A stretch of 64,000 bases of DNA from Hyaloraphidium curvatum SAG 235-1 (Eukaryota > Fungi > Monoblepharomycota): the NCBI GenBank assembly GCA_025558095.1, contig JAIVFI010000030.1, positions 496,001 through 560,000 on the forward strand, read 5' to 3'. The notes under the pieces were generated by a model. The model did not search any database, was not told the DNA's origin, and was given only the letters and a program-made list of their open reading frames with translations. A program made the position numbers and the translations under genes. Numbering within the stretch: the first letter of the stretch is position 1; each line of letters starts with the position of its first letter. This document shows, one piece after another, positions 56,432-64,000 of this stretch.

Positions 56432-58539
56432 TCAGTCCTTCAGCAGCCTCCTCAGCACCTTGCCGCTCGCGCTCTTGGGCACCGACTCCACGAACGCGAT
56501 CCCGCCCTCGGGCTGCTTGTAGCGAGCCATCCTCTGCGCGCACCACCTGCGGAGCTCGGCGCGGATCTCCTCGGGCTCGAGGTGCGCCGTCAGCGCGGGC
56601 TCGAGGACAACGTAGGCCTTGGGGGCCTCGCCGGCGCTGCGGTGGGGAACGGAGGCGACCGCCTGCGAGCAAAGCGGGGAAGTCAGATCCTCGACCGATG
56701 CAGGACGGCGCAAGGGGGAAACGTACCGCATCGTGAACGTACGGATGCTCCAGCAACACCGTCTCCACGTCCGCAGGCGCCACCGACAGCCCGTTGACCT
56801 TGATCATCTCCTTGATCCTGTCCCGCACGGCCAGCCCCCCCTCCCCGAACGCGGCCACGTCCCCCGTCCGCAGCCACCCGTCGTCGTCCACGATCCCCGC
56901 GCCGGGCAGCCGCCAGAACGACCGGACGGCCTGCGGCGCGCGGATCCACAGCTCGCCCGCGGTGCCCGGTGCGCAGTCCTCTCCCGTGTGCGGATCCACC
57001 ACCCTCGCCTCGACGTTCGGCAACGCGCGGCCGGCCTGGCCTTCGGAGATCTCCTCCCCGGGGAGCGTCGACAGCGCGGTGGCGACGAGCTCGGTCATCC
57101 CGAAGCCGTTGCGGAGCACGGGGCGGGCGAAAGTGCGGCGCGTGGCGGCGATCACTTCCGAGAGGAGGGGGGCGGCGGCGGACATGAGCCAGCGGAGGGT
57201 GGGGTGCGGGGGGTTGGGCGGGTCCGGGGAGAGGTGCTTGTTGAAGGAGAGGAGCATCGGGGGGACCACTGGGAGGGTGGAAGAGTTCGATTGAAAGGAG
57301 AAGAGAAGCGGTCAAGGGGCTCACCGAAGCCGATGTTGATGCCGTACTCGTCGATCGCGGCCAGCGCCCGCTGGGCGTCGAACTTGGGGAACAGCACCGT
57401 CCGCAGACCCTGTGGGCACGGGGGGATCCATTGGCGGTTAACATAGGCAGCCACCGTACGCCGTCCTGTACCCACCAAGTACATCGACACAAAGATCAAG
57501 TTGAACATGCCGAAGGCGTGGAACACCGGCACCACGCCCAGCACCGTGTCCTCCCCGGGGACAACGGCCGGCGGCTGCAGGGTGGTCTCGAAGTGGGCGA
57601 TGCCGAGGACGACGGCGACGATGTTGCGGTGCGAGATGGCGATGGGCTTGGACTTGCCCGAGGTGGTGCCGGAGGAGAAGAGAACAAAGGCGGGGCGGTG
57701 AAGGGCCGCGTCGTCGCCTTCCGATTCGGGCACGGGGGGGCCGTTTCCGTTGGCGGCTCCGCCCTCGGGCTCATCGCGGCCGAACGGGCTCGGCGGCGAC
57801 CGCCCCGCCACGGGCGAGTAAAGCGCGTGCATGCCCAACTCCACCACCTCCCCCATGGAAACGAACCCGTCCGGCATCGGTGCCCCGTCGTCCCCGTGCC
57901 CGTAGTGGCCCGAGAGCACCTCTGCGTCGTCTGCCACCACGATCCGGTGCGGGTCGCGGCCCATCATCCCCACCCAGGCCTCGGCGGCGCGGCCGATTAC
58001 GGCGGGGTGGCAGACGAGCACGTCGGCGCCGCTGGCCTCCCACTGCGAGGTGCATTCGTACGGCGTGAGGGCGGCGTTTGTAGTGCTGGCGACGCAGCCG
58101 GGGATGCGGGGGAGCGCGAGGGCGAGCACGGGGTACACGAGCGAGTTGGGCGAGAAGATGGCGACGACCACGGGGTCCCGCGGGGCGTCGTCGCCGGGGA
58201 ACAGGTCCGGGTAGGTGAGCGGCAGCCCGCGGACGACGGCGCCGGCGAGCTCGAAGAGCCGCTCGTACGTCAGGCTGGCGCCCGTCGCCGCGTCCTGGGC
58301 CGCACGGGGCACACGGGAAAGGGGCAAAACAAAACGATAACAACGGTTCGACGAGGCGATGTTGGAGATTCGGCGATTTAAGGGGGGATCAGAGGAGTCC
58401 GGTCTGCCGGTTCGCCACCACCCACGACGTACGCCTGCTTCTTCCACGCCTTAGCCACGTGCGGCGACCGCTCGACAAGGTCGGCGCAGTTGACATGGTG
58501 CGGCGGCAGCGCCAGCTGCTCGACGGGCTCGCGCGCCAT
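56432..58539 (-). CDS. AMP-dependent acyl/aryl-CoA ligase (ANL superfamily, 4CL-like), spliced
   Basis: FSSGTTSGKSK, PVFHAFG, GFGMTE, GELWIR, WLRTGD, DRIKEMIK, PKSASGKVLRR. Confidence 0.9.
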
Positions 58540-58648
58540 CGTTGCCGGCGGGGAGACAGATCGATCGGCGGCGGTCGGCTGCTTCGCCACTCGCCCGCCG
58601 CCTTGCCTCCCGCCGAACGAAGCACCGACAAACTCGGCCTTTAAATCC

Positions 58649-58655
58649 TATAAAA
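58649..58655 (+). promoter_or_regulatory. TATA box in the 150-bp divergent promoter between ligase and KS
   Basis: TATAAAA in an AT-rich patch 35 bp upstream of the KS ATG. Confidence 0.5.
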
Positions 58656-58689
58656 CGGCCTCCTAGACTTCGTTCAGTGTCGGCCCGCG

Positions 58690-60504
58690 ATGACGGCCAA
58701 CGGCGACGCGCGGCGGGTGCTGCCGGCGTGGCCCGAGCCGGTCGCCATCATCGGCGCGGCGTGCCGGCTGCCCGGGGGAGCCGACACCGTCGACGCCTTC
58801 TGGGACACCGTCATCGCCGGCGCACCCATCTTCTCCGCGGCTCCAAACAAGCGCTGGGCCACCTCGGTCCCCGCCGCCCCGCCCGATGCCCCCAGCAACA
58901 ACCCCGCCGGATTGCCCCGCGGCGCCTTCCTCTCGGACGCGCAGCTGGCCGCCGACCCGGGCTTCTTCGGCCTGTCGGACAAGGAGCTGGCGTACATGGA
59001 CCCGCACCAGTACCTGGCGCTGGCCGTGTGCTCGGAGGCGCTGCGGAACGCGGGGATCAGGGAGGGCGGCGCGAACGCGTACTGGGACGAGGAAAAGAGG
59101 TGCGCGACGGAGAGGGCGGGCGATGCTGGCGTGTTTGTGGGCATGGGCGTGGGGGCCGCGGACATGGCGACGATCGCGTTGCAGGTGGGACACTGATGAT
59201 GGGGTGAACGGCAACAATGGCCGCTGACGCTCAAGAATCGTGTCGCACAGGCCGAACCGACGCCCTTCACCAACTTCGGCTACCTCCCCTTTGCCGTCGC
59301 CAACCGCGTCTCGCACACGTTCGGCTTCACCGGGCCCAGCGTCAACATCGACACGGCCTGCTCGGGGTCCTTGAGTGCGTGGCACCGGAGCCGTCGTCCG
59401 CTGGCACCGGTGACGAATTCTCCTTCGTCACCCACAGCCGCGGTGCACTACGCCTGCATGTCCCTCCTCAACTCGGAGAGCGAGATAGCCATCGCCGCCG
59501 GCATCAACGTCATCACCAACCCGGTCCGTTCCCCATCGCCTACCCTTCTCGTTAATCTCACCTCTTTCCTCCCACGGCAGTCATCCTACGCCCACATCTC
59601 CGCCCTCCGCATCCTCTCCCCCTCGTACCACTCCCCCATCCTCACCCCCCGCGTGGACGGGTACACCCGCGGCGAAGCCGCCGTCGCCCTCGTCCTCAAA
59701 CGTCTCTCGGCCGCCGAGCGGGACGGCGACACCCCCATCGCGGTGGTCCGCGGCACGGGCGCGGGGCACAACGGTCGGACGGGGCGGCACATGGCCACGC
59801 CGAGCATGGAGGGCCAGGCGCGGTGCATCCGCGACGCGCTGGCCCGCGCCGGGTTGCCGCCGGGGGAGGTGGACTACCTCGAGCTGCACGCTACGGGCAC
59901 GCAGGCCGGGGACAAGCGCGAGCTGCAGACCGCCGTGCACGTCTACGGGGAGGGCAGGGACAGGCGGCTGAGGATCGGGGGGGTGAAGAGCATGTACGGG
60001 CATTCCGAGGGGGCGAGCGGGATCACGAGCCTGCTCAAGGGGGTGATGGTGGGGAGGCACGGGGTGGCGCCGCCGGTGCTGCATTTCGACGGGGCGAGGG
60101 GAGAGTGCGTACCGCGCCGTTCGTTGCGCTGTTCCGGCCGTGCCTGACCCGCCCGCCTCCCAGCGTCGAGCTGCCGCCCACCTTCGAGATCGTCCCGCAC
60201 TCGTCGCCCGTCCCCCTCGCCCGGCGCGATGGCACCCTCCGCGTCGCCGTCAACAGCTTCGGCGCCGGCGGCACCAACGCCTGCGCGGTGATCGAGTCGC
60301 GGGGGGAAGGGGCGGCGGGGTACCCGCGGTACGAGTACGAGGCGAGGTGGGTGACCCGGGAGGGCGGCAAGGCGGGAGGACGGGCTAACTGTGGGGCGTG
60401 ACAGGGAACATTCGATGCCGCAGCAGAGGGTGGGGTACTACCGGACGGCGCAGGTGCGGGGGTGGGAGGGGGCGGGGAAGGGCGAGGAGGCGGCCGACGG
60501 GTGA
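58690..60504 (+). CDS. Stand-alone type I PKS/FAS-like beta-ketoacyl synthase (KS only), 5 introns
   Basis: EPVAIIGAACRLPG, MDPHQ, ANRVSHTF..GPS..DTACSGS, GYTRGEA, ELHATGTQAGD, KSMYGHSEGASG, VNSFGAGGTNA, then ~50 aa to stop. Confidence 0.9.
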
Positions 60505-60661
60505 TCCGGCGGGACGAGGCGGGGATCGGGGGGCGTGCAGCGCTGTATTTCCCTGCATGCCGAGTATCGACCTACCGAGGGGCTTTCTTGGAGGAGGGTC
60601 GGGAGTGCGTGGGGCGCCGCAGGCTAGCGGGGCGGAAACTGCCTCCCACGTCCCATCGACA

Positions 60662-61956
60662 ATGCAGGCGTCTCGCAGGCTCGTCAACGCGTCGACCGGC
60701 CTGGGCCGCGTCGCACTGATGTACTTTCTGCTCCGATGCCTCGCATCGCCTGTCCTGACGCCTTCTCGGACCCCTATCGTCCCCCGCATACGCGACCCGC
60801 TGTCTCACCTCCCCGCCTCCCAGCACGGGCGGCGCCTCGGGGATCGGCGCCGAAACCGCCCTCCGCTTCGCCCTCGCCGGCTGCTCCTCCGTCTTCCTCG
60901 CCGACCTCCCCTCCCAGTCCCCCCTCGCCTCCTCGGTGCTCGCGCGGATCCGCGGCGCCGCCCCCGCGTGCCGCGCGTCCTTCCTCCCCCTGGACGTCAC
61001 GAGGGAGGGCGAATGGATGGACGCGCTCGAGAGGGTGCACGAGGAGGCGGGGCCGCTGGACGTGCTGGTCAACTGCGCGGGTTACGTCAGGGGATGGCCG
61101 AAAGTGCAGGAACACCCGCTCGAGGTGTGGAAGGAGGTGATGGAGATCAACGCGACGGGGACGTTCCTGGGGTGCAAGCACGGCGTGGCGAGCATGGAGA
61201 GGAACAAGGTTGGGTGGGGCGGAGGGGCGGGAGGGGAGAGGTGCCGACTGGAACCGTCGTCGCGCCAGGTCGAGGAGTCCAAGAGCATCATCAACCTGAG
61301 CTCGATCAAGGGGCTCGTCGCGGGCCCCGACAGCCCGGCGTGTGGGGTCCCTCCGCGCTGTCACCGGGATCCGAGCTCATGCACCCTGGATTGCCGCAGA
61401 CGAGGCGAGCAAGGGCGCCGTGCGGATGCTCACCAAGAGCGTCGCCCTCTGTCGGTCTCCCCCGCCGCTCCTTCGCTTACTCTTCTGACCGCGATCTATC
61501 TCCTGCAGCCTGCGCGCAGCAGGGCCTCAACATGTGGGTCCCTCCACCGCCGTGCCGCGCCGCTTTCTGCTTTGACGCCCCTCTCCCCGCCGCCCCCCGC
61601 CAGCCGCTGTAACTCCGTGCACCCCGTACGTGCCCTCGCCCCCCACCCCTCCCTGGCTAACCTCCCTGGCTACCCGGCCGCCCCATTAGGGCTGGATCCG
61701 CACCCCCTTCGTCGACACCTTCCTCAACGAGCTCGAGGCCGCCGAGGCCGCCAAGGCCGTCAGGCACGCCGAGTCGCTGCACCCCGTGGGCAGGCTGGGC
61801 AAGCCGAGGGAGGTGGCGGACGCGGTGGTGTTTTTGGCGAGCGAGGAGAGCTCCTTCGTGGGTCGGCCTCGCGTCCGCGGCGGTGCGGCGGCTGATCCGG
61901 CAAAGCAGATGACGGGGAGCGAGCTGGTGGTCGACGGCGGGTACACGGCGCAATAG
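60662..61956 (+). CDS. Classical short-chain dehydrogenase/reductase, many introns incl. micro-exons
   Basis: Spliced ALITGGASGIG, VNCAG, INLSSIKG, YEASKG, RCNSVHPG, FLASEESSF/MTGSELVVDGG. Confidence 0.9.
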
Positions 61957-61964
61957 CCGGCCGA

Positions 61965-62585
61965 TCAGACGGCATCGGCGAGCGAATCGAACGCCCCAAG
62001 CCCCTTGTCGCCGACCCCCGGCGGGCCCTCGGCGGTGACAAACACCACCGGCGCCTCCTGCACCCTCCTGTCCAGCTCCATCTCCTTGCGGATGTCCACG
62101 TGCGTGAAGAACAGCAGGAAGACGGCCTCCCAGATGAGCACCCAGCCGACGATGTAGACCACCTCGCCGAGCAGCGTGGCGGCGAGCGGGTCGACCTGCG
62201 AGATGAACCAAGCGGGGACCATGGTGGCGGCGCCGAACACCACCAGCACGAGGGCCTTGAGGTACCCGCGCCGCTTTGTCTTGCCGAGGTAGTCTGCCGT
62301 ATGCCGCATGTGCTCCCTGAACACGCCCGCCGCCACGCGCTCCCTCTCCGCGTCGCGCTCCCCGGCGGGCAGGTGCACCGCGATCCGCAGCCCCTTGGAT
62401 TCCCGCAGTGCCAGCGCGCGCCGCTGCAGGAACGTCTGCAGGTCCGGGTGCAGCGTGCGCTGCGCGAGCGGCGCGTAGTCCCACGGCGAGAAGAGCGCGT
62501 CGAAGCGGGGCGCGCCGACGGCGATGTCGGCGGAGGGCGTGCCGGCCGCGCACGGCGGGCCGACGGCGACGATGAGGCTGCCCAT
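61965..62585 (-). CDS. Two-TM membrane protein resembling a prokaryotic hypothetical family, intronless
   Basis: LFSPWDYAPLAQRTLHPD..HLP..E; TM hairpin ending EVVYIVGWVLIWEAV. Confidence 0.7.
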   Translation of the reverse strand: MGSLIVAVGPPCAAGTPSADIAVGAPRFDALFSPWDYAPLAQRTLHPDLQTFLQRRALALRESKGLRIAVHLPAGERDAERERVAAGVFREHMRHTADYLGKTKRRGYLKALVLVVFGAATMVPAWFISQVDPLAATLLGEVVYIVGWVLIWEAVFLLFFTHVDIRKEMELDRRVQEAPVVFVTAEGPPGVGDKGLGAFDSLADAV

Positions 62586-63143
62586 TCGGGGTGTCGGGGA
62601 TCGCGGAGGAGGAAAGGCCGAGCGGCGCCGGCCGGCCGCGTCCCAAACTCCCAACTCGGCATCCCGGCCGGCCGTCCCTCAGAACCACGGCATCCAGCTC
62701 TCCCGCCGCATCAGGACGGAGCCCCGCCCCGATGAACGCGGGAAGGAGAGGATCATCCGGCCGGCCTCGGAGGCGCTGAAAGGCGACGTTGGCGCTCGTT
62801 GGCCCCCACGCCACTGTGAGATTCCCCATCCATTCAGCCATTCGCGGCAGAACGACATGAAAACGCATTATCGGCACACGCAGGGCCGTGATCACGTCAT
62901 CGCGGCGTGCTGCTGCCTGCGTTCTTAGACGCCTCCCAAGGTCCCGAGGAAGAGAGCACCTCACGGTTCCCGCGAGAAGGCACTTCATACCCGCGGTCCG
63001 CCCGCGCGATCTTCCGACTTTGATGCGTCGCCAGGAGGCCCTGGATGGATGGGACGGGCGGGGGGCAAATCCCCGTTCCGCCGTCCCGCCCCCGGGTCCC
63101 GCCCCCACGAATCCAAACCCCGCCGGCACTCCCGTCGCCCGCC

Positions 63144-64000
63144 ATGCCCGCCGGCACTCTGCCCGCCTCCGTGGCGCCGTGCCCCGCCCCGCCGGTCACG
63201 CTCTCGGACGTGCAGGCGGCGCGCGAGCTGCTTTCCGGGGTGGTCCGCCCCACGCCGCTCGAGCACTCGCGCGCGCTGTCGGACCGCCTCGGCTGCCCCG
63301 TTTATTTCAAGTGCGAGAATTTGAACCGCGCGGGGTCGTTCAAGATCCGCGGCGCGTACACGCGGATGGCGCGGCTCACCGCGGGGGAGAAGGCGCGCGG
63401 CGTCGTCGCGGCGTCGGCCGGCAACCACGCGCAGGGCGTGGCGCTGGCCGCGAAAATGCTGGGCATCGAGGCGACGGTGTTCATGCCGCTTGCGGCGCCG
63501 ATCCCGAAACTCGTGGCGACGCGGGGCTACGGCGCCAAGGTGGAGCAGACGGGGACCTCGGTGGACGAGTGCCTGGTAGCGGCCAAGGAGCACTCGGCGA
63601 AAACGGGCGCCGTTCTGATCCACCCGTTCGACCACGCCGACGTCGTCGCGGGGCAGGGCACCTGCGGCCTCGAGATTCTGGAGCAGTGTCCCGACGTGCG
63701 CACGATCGTCGTGTCGGCCGGCGGCGGCGGCCTGCTGGCCGGCATCGCGGCGGCGGTCAAGGCCACCCGCCCCGAGGTGCGCGTCGTGGGTGTGCAGGCC
63801 GAGCAGGCGGCCGCGTACCCGCCCTCCCTGGCCGCCGGCGCCCCGATCCCCCTGCAGAAGATGCAGACCATGGCGGACGGCATCGCCGTCGGCCGCCCCG
63901 GCGACGTGCCGTTCGCCCTCGTGCGCGACCTGGCCGATGGCATTGAAACCGTCAGCGAGGAGCAGATATCGCGCGCGCTGCTGTTCCTCCTGGAGCACGC
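63144..64000 (+). CDS. ilvA: Threonine ammonia-lyase (PLP), bacterial-type, runs off window edge
   Basis: Hand-translated: KCENLNRAGSFKIRGA, ASAGNHAQGVA, IHPFDH..AGQGT, GGGGLLAG, ADGIAV; no introns in window. Confidence 0.92.
   Translation, partial: MPAGTLPASVAPCPAPPVTLSDVQAARELLSGVVRPTPLEHSRALSDRLGCPVYFKCENLNRAGSFKIRGAYTRMARLTAGEKARGVVAASAGNHAQGVALAAKMLGIEATVFMPLAAPIPKLVATRGYGAKVEQTGTSVDECLVAAKEHSAKTGAVLIHPFDHADVVAGQGTCGLEILEQCPDVRTIVVSAGGGGLLAGIAAAVKATRPEVRVVGVQAEQAAAYPPSLAAGAPIPLQKMQTMADGIAVGRPGDVPFALVRDLADGIETVSEEQISRALLFLLEH

Noticed and set aside
56432-58539. NRPS adenylation module
   Set aside because: No carrier or condensation domain; motifs fit a free 4CL-like ligase
1-64000. Hundreds of long Arg/Pro/Ala-rich ORFs in the track
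   Set aside because: Shadow and antisense frames caused by high GC; they overlap motif-supported genes
61965-64000. Bacterial contamination
   Set aside because: Contiguous with the intron-rich SDR gene, similar composition, no operon-like layout; read-level check still advisable

Overview
Gene-dense, very GC-rich eukaryotic DNA with many short (~45-100 nt) GT-AG introns. Gene content (Aquarius, prokaryote-type ferritin, MYND expansions, gustatory-receptor-like protein) fits an early-diverging fungus, chytrid/monoblepharid-like (inference). Most ORF-track entries are GC shadow ORFs; real genes were rebuilt by hand across introns. Conserved genes: aldo-keto reductase, class II glutamine amidotransferase, Aquarius helicase, ferritin, GT31, EF-hand, tRNA-Glu. 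The centre holds expanding and decaying families (MYND, F-box/LRR-like) with pseudogenes and dispersed repeats. Several intronless genes look bacterial. Main candidates for novelty: (1) a putative mini biosynthetic cluster at 56.4-64 kb, with a stand-alone type I-derived ketosynthase (no AT, no ACP) head-to-head with a 4CL-like CoA ligase, followed by an SDR and a threonine dehydratase; (2) a 7TM gustatory-receptor-like protein between two repeats; (3) a Rieske oxygenase homologue lacking its Rieske cluster; (4) Aquarius fused to KRGRK repeats, IQ and SAP; (5) a structured non-coding module at 17.6-19.4 kb bounded by intron-shaped direct repeats; (6) three otherwise intact genes each with one in-frame stop. 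No searches were run; family calls come from recognised motifs.
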